Below, one piece after another: positions 25,709 to 40,486 of a stretch of 64,000 nucleotides of DNA. Under the pieces are notes generated by a model. The model did no database searches. It was not told the DNA's origin and worked only from the letters and a program-made list of their open reading frames with translations. The translations under genes and the position numbers were made by a program. Every line of letters begins with the position of its first letter. Within the stretch, counting starts at the first letter, position 1. This DNA comes from Chrysomallon squamiferum (lineage: Eukaryota; Animalia; Mollusca): positions 7,998,001 to 8,062,000 of the forward strand of contig CM022673.1 in the NCBI GenBank assembly GCA_012295275.1. Reading direction: 5' to 3'.

Positions 25709-28633
25709 TATTTTTAGCAACTAACAATGCACTATTGTAGTCGTTCCAATGCACAGAGAATTTCTAAAACATGAATAAAAAGTTGAAGGCATTTGTTTCA
25801 CGAACCTTTTTATTATTTGAAACATAATTTTATATGCAGGTATAATGGTAAATTTATATAGGCTTGTTAATATTTTTATAATTATTATTAATTGTGCTTA
25901 TTAACAAAAACTAGGCAAAGTTAGTTTATGCGATGATTTTTCCTTTTTTGTTGTTTTTATTCTGTTTTTGTTTCTTTCATCTGTGTGATGTGTTTATTTC
26001 AAGGGTTTATTATTTCTCTGGTATAACTTGCATGAATAAAGTCACTTTCAATTTTTATTCATTTTTGTTTGTGTATTTTATTTTTGAGTGTGGTTGTTTT
26101 TTCTTGTTGGTGTTATTGTTGTTTAAATTTCATTTTTTGAATTGTTCAATTTATTTATTTATTTTTGTTTCATTTTGTTTTTTGACAAATATTTTTATTA
26201 TTTTTTTTTTTTAAATCAGTTTAGTATCAAAATCATATAGTTTTAAAGTAATGTTAGACTATTTTAATAAATTAACTTTAGTAATTTGTATTAAATTTAT
26301 CATAAGCTGATGTTATAATCATCATCATTAATCCAACCAGAATTACTATGAACTAATGAAATATTTTTTTATTACAAGTACTGAAAATGCTTTTATTACT
26401 AATACAACCACTAGTAAGATCACAACAGCTATTAAAACTGGTCTCATTGCAAGAACAACAGCTTTTAAAACTACTGCTCCATTTGCATGAACAATGTGAT
26501 ATGTACAAATAAATAAATGAAAGGTGAATAACTCTAACTTTCATGGTTGTTGAGATCCAGTTATCTTTCTTGAGGATTTCTTTTCAGAAAAGATGAAGTT
26601 GATTCGATTTCCATGCAGTTACTTTAAAATATCTTTATAATATTTTATTTCTTTTCTGTTTAATAAGGAATTCGCTTGAACAATATTATAATAAAAAACA
26701 TTATACATTAATCTACAGACGTTAGCAGTGGTCCTTAATTTTCAGTTGAAAATGTAATTACTTTTCCCATATACAGCAAACGTTTTATATCAATAGCAAT
26801 TTTGTTATTAGTCTGATTTTATTAAAAGCAAAGTCTCAGGTGTTGAAAAAATAAAACAGTTACATAACTGTACTGTTGTGTGAGTGCGTGTGAATTTAAA
26901 TTGTAAAGTTCAAAGTTCAAACGATGATGATGATGATGATGGTGCTAGTAGCAGTAGCTGAAAAGGTAGTAGTAGTGGCTCTGGTGGCAGTAGTAATACT
27001 TGTAATACAAATTGAGAGTGACCATGATGTTAGTAATAATAAGAAACAAAAAACAAACGACTTACAATACAATTATTTAATGATCATGCTTTTACATTAG
27101 TGATACTATCTGTGAAAGAATTAGTATAACCAAATCAGTAATAAAATAAAGAACTGAACACATTATGGGATGACAAAATGTTATTGGCTCCACTGTTAAT
27201 GTATGTCCCCAAGGACAGTTTTGCAGAACAAAGTCCAGTTCAAACAGATGCGAGGTGTTTTTGATACGTACCTGTCACCGTTTCCGAATTAGATGACGCG
27301 CCGACACGTTTTAACATTTCATCAGGGAAAACGAAACGTATAGACCAACACCATTGTCACTTAGTAAAAATTCTGCCAGCTTTAAACAGTGGGGATCAAC
27401 AATGAATTTCCGTTTCATTCAGAGGACAAAAGTGCTAGTTTTAGTTTGAGAGACTTCAGGATCAAATTCTGTCGATGATTTCGCTTTCAATACTTTATTT
27501 CTCATTCAGTTATACTTCATGACCTATACATACACAGATAAAATCTACATTACACTATATGTATATAATATGTACAAGATATACCTTATATGCACTTTAC
27601 TGTGGAGAGGAAAACACTAATCATTTATTATAAGTATTATAACCAATGTTTGTAACGGGAAATTGCGACACAGGAGCACAGATGAAGAAATCTCCATTCT
27701 ATGAAACCCCAAACTGATGCTTTTAGCTATACTTATATTCTATTATATATTTGTGTTAACATGCTTATGAACACAGCGAGTAATCGCTTTCTTTTTCTGC
27801 TGATATCTGAAAATGCCAACAGACCTTGAATATACAAAAATGCGTAGAGTGAGAAATATTTTTGTACGTGCTAATTACATTATGACATTAAATATGTCCC
27901 GTCTAACTTTTTATATTTTGTTAAGGACATGAGATAAACATTAAAGAAACATTTCTATATAAAATTTAAACTAGATTTATAAATTGCTTCAGAAGGTTAA
28001 AAATAAAACCAAAAAAATATATATATATAAAGAAAGAAAGAATTGTGAAAGTAAGGAAAAGTTTAGCGACCTCCAAAATAATCATCGTAAGTGTTTTTAT
28101 TTTATTTATTTATTTATTTACCGTTCTATATTTAATTAATTTTTAATTTTTATTTTTAATAGAACTTTTCCTTTTCTAAAAAAGTCTCTTCTTTTACTCT
28201 GCATGTCTCGCTTTTATTATAAAGTAGTCTGCTGTTTAGAATGACCTTTTGCTTTAAACCTGGGGGAATAATTTATTGTAGCAGCATTTACCACCTTTTC
28301 TAATAACTGGACACAGTAATAGAACGTACTGATCTCTAGTGTAACATCCAAAATTTATTATGGCAAACATGAACGATATTTTTCTGTCAATATGTTGCTA
28401 AATGTAATCAAAATGCCATCGAGTATTTCAGGAAGTCACGTGACTTTTAATTGCATCATATTTAGATTTTTAGATCCTACCTTTTAATGGTACGTTATCT
28501 GATAAACGAACAAAGGAATACGGACATTAAAAAACATAAAAAAAAAAAAAAAACCTGGAAATTTGAGTGGGTGGATTTGTAAATAAGAGAAGCAACTAAA
28601 AAAAAAAAAATAATAATAATAATAATAAAAAAA

Positions 28634-28678
<45 letters not shown>

Positions 28679-30011
28679 GTTAATAATAATAATAAAAAAA
28701 AAAATAATAATGATAAATAAATAAATAAATAAAAATAAAAATATTTTGTGATATTTAAATAAACTCGATAATTTTTCACTAACGTGTAATTCAGACTGAC
28801 AGCACCCAGTCTAGTCAAGTCTGTGGTAATAAGCACTCGAATATTACTGAACACAAATTTGTAACGTTCATTGATATTATGTTTCCTCTATTATTAGACT
28901 CGATGAAACGTCACTAATGATTGGCTGATTGAGTGAAGAGCAAGTATTCAGATTTCCCTTTCTTGAGTTTAGTAACAAGGCTATAACAATATCCACCAGT
29001 TACGTACGTATTCCAGTTTATAAAAGATTATATATATATAGACGGACAGACATACGTAAACACACACTGACACACATATATATCCATATACATGCATACG
29101 TACAGGCACACATATATATCAAATAAACAAATCATTTAATTACACTATAAGTTCAATATATAAAATTAAAGAAAATATATTATTTACAAATTATATTATC
29201 TATCCTTCAAATATTTTCCCCCAGAATTTTATGTTTGCTTATTTATTTGATCTAATTTCCCATTATTTCTTTATTATCTTTGCTAGAATTTAATTTTTAA
29301 AATATAATGTAAAATGTCATAATATAACAAAAAAACTACGTAGACAAAACCAAAAACATCTGCAAGACGAAGTATTGTTAGGCTTTTTTTTTTTTTTTTT
29401 TTTTTTTTCTTTTTAACAAAAGAGTTACAATCGTAAACGCCACTGTCTTGGCTCTCTCGTTCAAATGTTAATCAAAACTATTTTGATATTTACATCGAAA
29501 TGGCGACTGGATTTATCTGGAAATGTTACCGAGCTTAGGACTATCACGAAAACATGGTTGGTAGATTTCTGCTGCTGCTGATGTATTTAAGACAATCGTG
29601 CAATTTGTCTGCGTGGGAGACGGAACCGTCTCTCGGTTTAACAGTGATGACCAGCCGTCGACTGGTAAACTCAACTCATTAGCTTCTCAAGATGATCGGC
29701 TATTATCGGTGTGGGAGTAAATGCACTCCCAACATATCTTCACGTACCATTGTGTCGTCGTAACTCTATCTGTCACTGCGATTTGAATCAATTTGTCTCC
29801 AGAAGACGATAATTTCTTACTAGAGTGTTGGAAATTCTGCTTTTAGAAATGGTGTCGGTTTACGTTTTTAATCATTTAAAAAATAAAAATAAATATAAAA
29901 ATAAATATATATATATATATAAGTAATTCGAAGACGTACTAAATTTTAAAAATTTTAAAAATAGTAATGAAATAATAATTGAAGTTTTCTGATATGAATG
30001 TGGGTAAGCGT

Positions 30012-30098
<87 letters not shown>

Positions 30099-30122
30099 AT
30101 AACAGGTTTGTATTTTTTTGTT

Positions 30123-30167
<45 letters not shown>

Positions 30168-30543
30168 AAAACGTAAGGCTAATGAGATGAATAATTTGAA
30201 TCTATTTCAGTTCCCAATTTATTTTTTAGCGTTTTTTCCGTGTGCTTATACAATTATGGTTAAAACTCACTGTGTAGTGAATTAACGAGAGGAAGAAAAG
30301 ACTTGGTTCTCGGTTGGATGCTGTGTTGTATATTCTGCTCTAATCAGACTTCTTGTTCTATATCAGATTAATTCTTTCGTAAATGTGTTTTAAATAATCT
30401 TCCGAAAATAATATTTCTATGTTAACTATGTTAAATGTCACTATTGAAACGTCATCATTTGTCTGTCCCTCGTACACTTCAGTATCAAACAAATACATGC
30501 TTAGCTTAACTATTTGTTTTGTTTTTTATTTTGTGAATGTTTA

Positions 30544-31802
30544 GGGTAAGGTGGGGGTAATTCTGGCCCCCTTTTCCATTCAACCTCACCTACAGTTTCA
30601 CAGACAAAAGGGAACAACAAAATGAACTGAATAATGAGTAGTATATCTATTTCTGCTTCAAAATACACAAACACTATTGCATAGTGCTTATAATTTTGAT
30701 TTGGGGTAAATCTGGCCCCCACATTCATGATGTATTTTGGTCCTCAGATTTGTTATTCTGATTATTCCTATGTAATCATTGTTCACTACTAATAATAATT
30801 AGTCCTAATCATAATACAAGTCAGATTCAAAACTTCAATAAACTAAACTCCTTGACAAATATGATACAAGAATAAAAATATCTTTCAAGTCTGCACCAGC
30901 TGGGATTTCGAGGTTTGCGCAAGGATCAAGACAATACCAATTTGTGCACCTGTCATATCTTATGACCTCTTCAGAATTCATTCCATCATCAACACTGCCA
31001 CAGAGTTCACATTTTTCTTGTATAACTACTACATCTCTGTCTTATAGTTCAGGCTCGTCACCACCAACGTTTTCTTTGACTGCATCCACCAGTTCTGCTG
31101 TAGCATTCAAACTGAACTTTGGTATCGTCTTCTGTTGGTTTTTTTTGTTGTTGTCTCACCTTTGTTTTCTTTGTCTTTTCTTTCTCCTCCTTCTTCTTCT
31201 CTGCCAACTCTTCTTCATACATCTTGACACTTTCTTCTTCTGTCAGTGCCTCAGCATACCTCATCCTCTTGATTTTATTTGAAGTTTAACAATGTGCCCC
31301 ACCAGATGGACTGTGGACTTTCAACTGTTTCAAAAAAACTTAAATAAAACTCTGAATGGACTCTATCAAATGCCAAAACTATTGATTTCACCACCAAATA
31401 TGGGGGCCAGATTTACCCCATCCATGGGGGCCAGAATTGCCTCAAGTGGTGGAGTAAAATAAAGCACATATTTCTTGTCTAATTATCACATAATCAAGTT
31501 TCTTCTGCTGAACTTAATAACTGATTATATGTTTACCTGTTATAACTTATCACTAATCTTGTGTCTTATGAAACCCCAAAATGCAAAATTTTTTTTACAA
31601 ACTTGTTGTTTTCATTACTTTCATGGCCACTATACTTCACATGTAAATGGCTGATTACCTACATCCTTTGTTCTAATGAGAGATAGGAAGGTTCTATTTG
31701 TATCAACAAAGTTCCAGAAATCTGGACAGAGCAGTATAGCAGCTGCAAGTTATAATATACCTCGGGGGCCAGAATTGCCCCGGGGCCACAGTTACCCCAC
31801 CT
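30544..31802 (-). mobile_element. Internally deleted pogo-like (Tc1/mariner superfamily) DNA transposon
   Basis: Left end TA|GGGTAAGGTGGGGGTAATTCTGGCCCC. Right end GGGGCCAGAATTGCCCCGGGGCCACAGTTACCCCACCT is its inverse. Internal inverted copies: TGGGGTAAATCTGGCCCCCA (30702) and TGGGGGCCAGATTTACCCCA (31401). A decayed transposase C-terminus lies inside. Confidence 0.75.
30843..31282 (-). pseudogene. Decayed transposase C-terminus: K/E-rich coiled coil plus PHD-like zinc finger
   Basis: AEALTEEESVKMYEEELAEKKKEEKEK.., then after a frameshift and an in-frame TAA, CELCGSVDDGMNSEEVIRYDRCTNWYCLDPCANL...YHICQGV*. This coiled-coil plus PHD tail is typical of pogo-like DDE transposases. Confidence 0.7.
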
Positions 31803-32028
31803 GACTGTTTCTAAGAATGTGTAACTTACTTTTACAATTCTGCCGCAGTTTCTTGATTTCTTTGCGTCATTATCCCAGTTCAGAATTCACAACCCAAAAT
31901 AAACACAACTGTCAGACAGATTTCATGTCATTTAGCTGAACGAAAGAGCTCTAATCATCCTATTTACTTTGAACAAAGTAATTATGTCATAATCGTTATG
32001 ACGTAGTTATTGGGAGAAATCTAAATCG
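31802..32028 (+). repeat. 227-bp dispersed duplication, copy 1
   Basis: Ungapped match to 38472-38698 with about 7 substitutions counted by eye. Confidence 0.95.
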
Positions 32029-32056
32029 GACATTACTATTTACGATTTACCGAACC

Positions 32057-32090
<34 letters not shown>

Positions 32091-32671
32091 ATGTGTTTGT
32101 GTGTATGTGTTTGTGTGGTTGAGTGCGTGTATGTGTGTATGTATTTTATTTCAAGCATGTTTTTATAAGACAGTTCTGTATAAAACAGTCACTACGAAAT
32201 ATTAAATAACAGTTACTGTTTTAAAGAATCACTCCACCAAAGTACAACTTAAAAACTTTTCAGTAAAACTGTTCAAAGATCAAAGAACTAAATAGTATCC
32301 ATTATTTCGATTTCTTCAACCAACAACAAGCAATATTATTATAGATTTTAATTTTTTAATTGTAACATGTGATTATCATTCTAAAATCTGTATTAATCTT
32401 ATTCCAAATTGCAAATAGGTCTATATCATTTTAATTATCTTCCCTAAAACCCTAAGGTATCATTTACACTGTTTCAAAAACAGAAATGTTTCTTAAATGC
32501 GAAATAAAAACGATTTTTAAAAACGCCAAAAACGAAAAAATTATAAATACCAATAAATATCTATATAAGTTAAATAATATGATACTGCATCTATCTGATA
32601 GTGCAAAAAAAAAAAAAAATAAATAAAATAAAAAATAAAAAAGAAATACAACAATAAAAAATACACCTCGG

Positions 32672-32706
<35 letters not shown>

Positions 32707-32829
32707 AGACAAACTGTTTATTTTAAACGCTTCACATTCTATATTTTTATCGCAGTGCAATCTTATCACTAACATTTCAACTGGCTAATTTAGCCAAATG
32801 ACAGCGCCGGCGTAAAACAATTCCACAAC

Positions 32830-32936
32830 TTTTGATTGGTTATTGGTTTTGATTGGAGGCATGCGCACAACAGTATTTTGGTTTATTGTCGTATCTTCGT
32901 TCGCCATTTTCAGCAAAACTGTTTTCAATGGTAATA
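32830..32936. promoter_or_regulatory. Orphan promoter-like motif cluster (3x CCAAT, NRF1-like, YY1-like)
   Basis: ATTGG at 32835, 32842 and 32852; GCATGCGCA at 32859-32867; CGCCATTTT at 32902-32910; donor-like G|GTAATA at 32931. Confidence 0.45.
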
Positions 32937-34309
32937 AAAATAGACTCCCACGTTTCCTACATGGAACAATGCAATGCAAACTTTACAGACGAGTGGTCTT
33001 TTCTTGAGATGCATACAATTATAGGAGATTGCTATCAGAAAATCAAACCAGATCAATTCGCTATCATTTGTCAAATACAATACGAGTGAATGAATCGTTA
33101 CAAACACAAAATTAAACCTGCATCCGCTGTGTGTTTACTGAGATGGCTAATTCTTTGTATTAACTTGAAAGTAGTAAATTTCACATTAATTAGTGACATA
33201 TCATACACGATTTAAAATTTTAATTTTTAATTTAACAAACTATATATATATTCAAGAAACATTGGTTCGACAGTATTAATTTTGTTAATTAATCCATCAC
33301 AAAGATTTGCAATGTCCTTCAAATGTTACTTATGGAAATATTAAAACCAATAATTATGACAACAAAAACAACAATAGTAATACCAGCAGCAGCATCAGCA
33401 GCAGCAGCAACAGAAGCAGCTCAGTCAACCATTTACACATATATATATTTTAGTGAAAGCCCCTTGGACGTTTGCCATTTTTTAAACATCGTTAATCGTA
33501 TCGTTTTTAAATATTCATAATCTTTATTTTCTAAAGATGGATAATAGTTTATTTTTTGAAATAGCAATAACAGTTTATCTTTTAAAAATTGACAGTTATT
33601 ATTATTAGTGTTAATATTAGGTTTTTTGATATCGATAACCTATCATTTCCAAATAAAGATACATTATCTACGTATACAGCTAATTAAATTCTCTTTCATT
33701 ATTAAAATAAATATTCAGCGTTCTTTAAAGCCATTATTTTCTTCATTCTGTGTTTTTCTTTCTTTTCTTTATCTTTTTCTTCCTTTCAATACCTTTTTTT
33801 GTTGTTGTTGTTCCTACCATTTTAAGAAAACTCAATATTTCGAATACGTCATATTCCAAAAACAGAACCCTGATGTCAGGAAGTGAAGCTTTTCCCTAAC
33901 ACAGAGACAGAGAAATATTAAATCGAACTGTTTGTGAATTATTATTTAGTTGCTATTTTGATATATTGATTAGGAATCAAAACACAAGGCTGATTGACGA
34001 AATACGATCGATAGCAGCGGTATGAAATAAACTAATAATTATTTGGGCAAGAAGTATTAATACTGTTGAATTTCAACTCCTTAAACAAATGAGTTTTAGT
34101 ACTTGAACTGTATCTGTTATGATATGCGATAATAATTTCATTTAAACATTTACGGTTTACGGATTACAAAATTAATTATCTTGTTACACCTTTTGATATT
34201 AACGAATAATGTTTAATGTAATTATATACACATTTTTTTTCTATTATGATGACGTAGTTGTGGTTACTGTTGTTGTTGATCGACAACTATATAAAATATA
34301 AAATAAAAT

Positions 34310-34740
34310 ACTACCAGTAATAACAGCACATTATTATCAATATAAAATCAGTATGCATGGTAACATTAAACGTAAACAGTAATAACATAAAAACGTGATG
34401 AACAATAATATTACAAAAAAATCAGCAGTAATATAAAATGGTAAACTACGTGAAACACAATCAGTAAACAAAAATTGATCAGAAATATTAACACGATCAA
34501 CAGTAATACGAAAATCGAAAAACAGTATGAACATGATGAACAGCAAAAAAAACAGATCTGGTAAGTAATATTAACAGAATCGACAGTAAAACGAACCTCG
34601 AGTAAAAAAATGATCGGCAGTAAATCGAAACTCGATCGGTAATATTAACATAATCAATATTGAAACTCGATCAACTGTAAAATGAAACTGTCGACAGTGT
34701 AATGAAACTTAACAGTAAAATCAAATGTTATTCAACAATG
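34310..34740. repeat. Degenerate minisatellite (units of about 20 bp, CAGTAAAACGAAACTCGAT-like)
   Basis: Repeated CAGTAA.., AATATTAACA and GAAACTCGATC motifs. Confidence 0.65.
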
Positions 34741-35140
34741 ACATGAAGCATGATAAAGAACAATACCTCTTAAGATGAAAACGAGGCTGACGTGTTAGAA
34801 ATATTGCAGATTGACAACTGTATTGTTTTTATTAAAGCATATGCACTTGCACTGTACATACAGTTGTAAACTATAATGGATTTGGAGTGTAAATATGTTC
34901 TCTGTTGTTGACGTTTTTGTGAAACTTAAGTTCAGTCACCGATATCAGTGAAACAGGTATTTTATAAACGAAGTGTTATTTCCTTTTGTGAATGTCAGAA
35001 AGTCATGACATTGTTAGTCATATCCCTTCATTTGTTCTTCTGTCAGAAGTTTGTATACGGAACAATGATCTGAATTAAAAACCCTCCCACATAATTCATT
35101 GTGCGAAGAGAAATGAATGAGCAATATCAGTATTAATATC

Positions 35141-35243
<103 letters not shown>

Positions 35244-35427
35244 ACAAAGTTCCTTTCATAAAAACAGGAAGGAAGAAAGAAATAAAAAAGTCACGTAAAA
35301 GTGGGTTAAAAACCCCTCAAGCACCCCCCAAAACCCCCAAAGTTTAAAGAAAATAAATTATAAAGGAAAAAAACAATAAACATATTATAGAAAAAAAGAG
35401 TTTAATTTATCTTTATTTGTGTATTTA

Positions 35428-35498
<71 letters not shown>

Positions 35499-35671
35499 AA
35501 ACAAGTCCTGAATAGACTTTATTTATTATTGTACATACATGTTTAGTCATTATGTCTAGACAGCACTGTAGAACTCTGTCTATGGATAGTCATGATTCAA
35601 GCATATTTAGTGTAATTATTGTACATGTGAATGATTTCATGAAAAATAATTAACCTAATTTACTACATACA

Positions 35672-35754
<83 letters not shown>

Positions 35755-38471
35755 ATATTCGTATTTAGAAATTTTCCAAACAAAGAAAAAAATAAATAAT
35801 TAAAAACTAATAATAATAATTAAAAATAAAAATTAAAATAGGGCTATGATATGATATTATTTTACAGTCTCAAAAATGCAACATATAATAAGAAAATACT
35901 GTATTTATTAAGGCCATTAGCCTGGTCGTATCTCTGTTCCTACATGTCTGTACGTTTCTATTACACATTACAATCACTTTTAAGTTGTAAAATGTTCCAA
36001 AAAAACCAGATTACCACTTGACACTGCCATTCCGATACTGATTAAAAAATAAATCTGATACAACGATGCAGCAGACTGTAACATGATACTATTAGTATTA
36101 TTATTTGAAAAAAAAAAACCAAAAAACAAACGAACAAAAACTATTACACAGATACACACACACACATATCTATACGAACGTATTTTGTACCATGATGTTA
36201 TCATGTTTTTCCTCCGCATCGACTCTGTAAATATAAAACATATGTGAATGATTGAAATATGAATAACATAATTATTGCACGCCTTATTAATATGACTTTG
36301 TCACGAAATCTATCCCGTACAAAAAAAAAACACAAAGTCATTACTGACGTCATAACTGACTATGAGCTAATCGCAGAAGTTTTCCAATCCAGTGGTCCGA
36401 GTATCAGTTTCCGGCCATTCCCAGAAACAATATTTTTTTTTTTTTTTATTATTTAATTAATAAAGTAATTTATATCTCTGTGAGCGATCCGGCTAAACCA
36501 TTTTCTTTTATTAGTGTATATTGTATAAATGCACCCGGACTCACGCTGAAATTAAACACAAACAAATAGATCAATAGATAAATAGATACACCAACCAACG
36601 ACCAGACAATACTAAAACCTCGACCTCCACTACTACCACCACCACTACTACTACTACTTCAACTATTACTTTTACTTGCTACGTTACGCATGATTTTACT
36701 ACGACTGTAAGAACAAGAACAGTATCAACAATCGCCTTCTCTGCCGCGACTATTACTACTGTTAACATTGTCAGTTTTTCTACTACCACAAAATCATTAC
36801 TGTTTCTATTGCTGCTATTGTTATTAGCCAATAAGATACAGAATATAATATATATATATGTCGCTCATCTGTGTTTAGAAAATTGCGAATATTCAGTTAA
36901 TCAATATTGTCCAATATTCTCCTGTGCACAAAAGGAAAAATGAAATAACAAAAAAATAACGTCGCTTCAAGAATTTGATTCACGTGGGTATTAGAAGTTT
37001 ACGTTTTACTATGACACAGTTCTGTGTAATTACACAGCACACCTAACACCAGAGACTCTTACACAAAATGAATATCTGACGCGTGACTGTCAAACCAGTC
37101 AGCCTGTACTGGTTCGTAAATCATTCATTTTGGTTTTTGAATAATAATAATAATAACAATAGTAATAATAATAGTAGTAGTAATAATAATAATAATAGTA
37201 ATAAAATAATAAAATAAATTAAATAAAAAAGGGGACATTTGAATCTATACCAAGCTTATTTCATTATATATTTATTTTTGTAAATTAAATTTTAAAATAT
37301 ATCACTCACGTTTAACAGTTTTTAATTTACTAAATGCTTGTAAGGGCACATATATATAGGTGATGGTTTTATTTATTTATTTGCTTGATGATACGTTAGC
37401 ATTGTAATATACATATAGTGCATGCCATACTCAAATACGATCCAAACAATGCCTTGAATAGTACGCGATGACGATGCAGTTTTAAGATTCCACACACCGA
37501 AAAGAACTGATTCGGGCAAAACATTGGGAGAAAATAAATTGTGTTTTGTTTAATTTGTGTCAACAGTGTAGCGTCGATTGATTAAAAATATTTCTTCTTA
37601 ATTAGAAATTATCGGTGTAAAAGACAACACTTCTGCCAGCACTTAAGCTAAGATACATCTATAGTCCATTTTGTCAGTCAGAACAGATGAAATACCGTAA
37701 GATTATTTCAAATGTCATAGTAATTAACTGGGAAAGTGCTGTACCGTGTATATATATTTGGGATTATATTACCGAGACAATTTCTTTTTATTGCCAAAAA
37801 TAAGGTTAGTGGTATATAGCAATACTTGCCAAGGTTTTCGTGCTTATCTCTAAAAGCAAAATGCCTCGTTCGTATTTTATGGTCAGTAATAGTATTGTTA
37901 GGATCCAAATTAAACTATCTATTGTTATTATTAATACGGCTTCGGCTTCCATTCCGCACTATGACGTCACGATTCAGTGAGTCCCAGATATTTTCTTTTC
38001 TTTTTTTTTCCTACTTCTCCACTTTTTTTCTTCTTCTTTCTCCTAACATTGATTTATTTCGATAGTATTATCCAAAAATGACGAAACCATAAAAAAAAAA
38101 AAGAAGAAGAAAAAAAATGACATTAGGGGAAGAGTCGGGAATTAAGTGCGATGAAATAGAGAGTAATGGGGTAACTAGATACCAGACAGCTATTTGGATT
38201 TTCTGTTAAATATTTAAATAAAGTAGCCTAAAACTTAATGTTATTGTTAAAGTAAAGTAATATAATCCATGTTAATAACTGTTTTTCACAGGTTATCAAT
38301 TTCAGTGATCCATATTCTGATGAATATTCATGTATTGTTATTGAACATATTTCGATGAAAGCGGCATAGGTCGTAGTAGAAGTAGTTGTCGTAGTAGTAA
38401 TCGAGTACTGGTACCAGAGATAGCAACAACAGAAAACAATAGTAACGCTAATAATAGTAACAACAAATTAA

Positions 38472-38698
38472 TGACTGTTTCTAAAAACGTGTGACTTACT
38501 TTTGCAATTCTGCGGCAGTTTCTTGATTTCTTTGCGTCATTATCCCAGTTCAGAATTCACAACCCAAAATAAACACAACTGTCAGACAGATTTCATGTCA
38601 TTTAGCTGAACGAAAGAGCTCTAATCATCCTATTTACTTTGAACAAAGTAATTACGTCATAATCGTTATGACGTAGTTATTGGGAGACATCTAAATCG
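38472..38698 (+). repeat. 227-bp dispersed duplication, copy 2
   Basis: Ungapped match to 31802-32028. Confidence 0.95.
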
Positions 38699-38739
38699 TG
38701 ACAATGACATTTGTTTTATATTTATGAAGGTATTACTTT

Positions 38740-39239
<500 letters not shown>

Positions 39240-39686
39240 CTTTTCACCTTTGTTCATTCTGTTCATGAGGGAGTTTAATGGAAAAATGTATCGATATTTT
39301 GCAAAATACATGTCCTGGTGTTGTAGAATATATATTTTAATGTATGTATCTGCTGTTTTCAGTTATTGATTTGTTTCCTGTTTCTGTCACTGATATTTTT
39401 TTCTCTCTGCATTCATTCACATATACATACGTATGTGTGTGTGTATGTGTGTGTGTGAGTGTGTATATATTAATTTTTATATTAATTTTATTGTAGGTAT
39501 TTTCTCAAAAAATTTCAACCAGTTTATTTCTTCACCTCCTTTTCCATTCGTTAATTATAAAACTTCAGTTTCGATCGCTAATATGAACAGAAGAAGCATA
39601 TATTTAGAAAACATATTTTATAACTTTTCTTTTTAAATTTAATTCTTTTTCATTAACTTCTTTCTCTTTCTTTTATCCCCCTTAAT

Positions 39687-39727
<41 letters not shown>

Positions 39728-40417
39728 TCAAAACACGACATATCTATTTCTATCACGTTGGCACTAATACTTAATACTATTCGTAAAAAATTGTACGGCT
39801 ACATTTAATTGGAAGTATGAATGAATATTCTAAAATCGAATTTTATCATTGACTGAATGGGTGCCGTAAAAGGGAGCAATTTTCAAAAAAAAAAAAAAAA
39901 AAAAAAATCGACGAACGAGGGTATATATTGCTAACGATTGCTAATGATTGTCCAAAAATAACATTTTATTTTAAAAATTTAATTTACCATAAAGTTTATT
40001 TGATTTCAGCAGAAGACTATCAAAGACTTTCCAAAATTAAACGGAAAAATGTCTCATAGTAACTAAAGATACATCTGTCAACCTCAAATAGAACTACTGT
40101 GAAAATTTCAGATATTTGTTGACAATTAAGAAATCAGATAATATAAACTGCCATTCCAGCAATGTAGCAACAACATCATCTTATAGGAAATTATTATTTA
40201 GTGTTGTTAAAAGAAAAACAACAGTAATAATATTGAAAAGGAAAAAAACCTAACAGTATTTTTGTAACATAATAAATATATATGATTTTTATCCATTCTT
40301 AGCCATCATAGAAACCCAAATTACAAATGTTAACAAAAATAATAAATACAAATTATTAAGCATTTATTTAACACTAAATAAAAATAAATAAATAAATAAA
40401 TGACAACATCGACATAA

Positions 40418-40486
<69 letters not shown>

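Noticed and set aside
25724-25756. CAATGCAC repeats resembling miR-33
   Set aside because: Direct rather than inverted repeats, no precursor hairpin and no full mature match.
27266-27400. Minus-strand donor CAG|GTACGT after the short ORF MLKRVGASSNSETVT
   Set aside because: No downstream exon or recognisable product found.
34310-34740. Repeat-spacer-like periodicity suggesting a CRISPR array
   Set aside because: Eukaryotic context, degenerate units and no constant repeat with unique spacers; it is a minisatellite.
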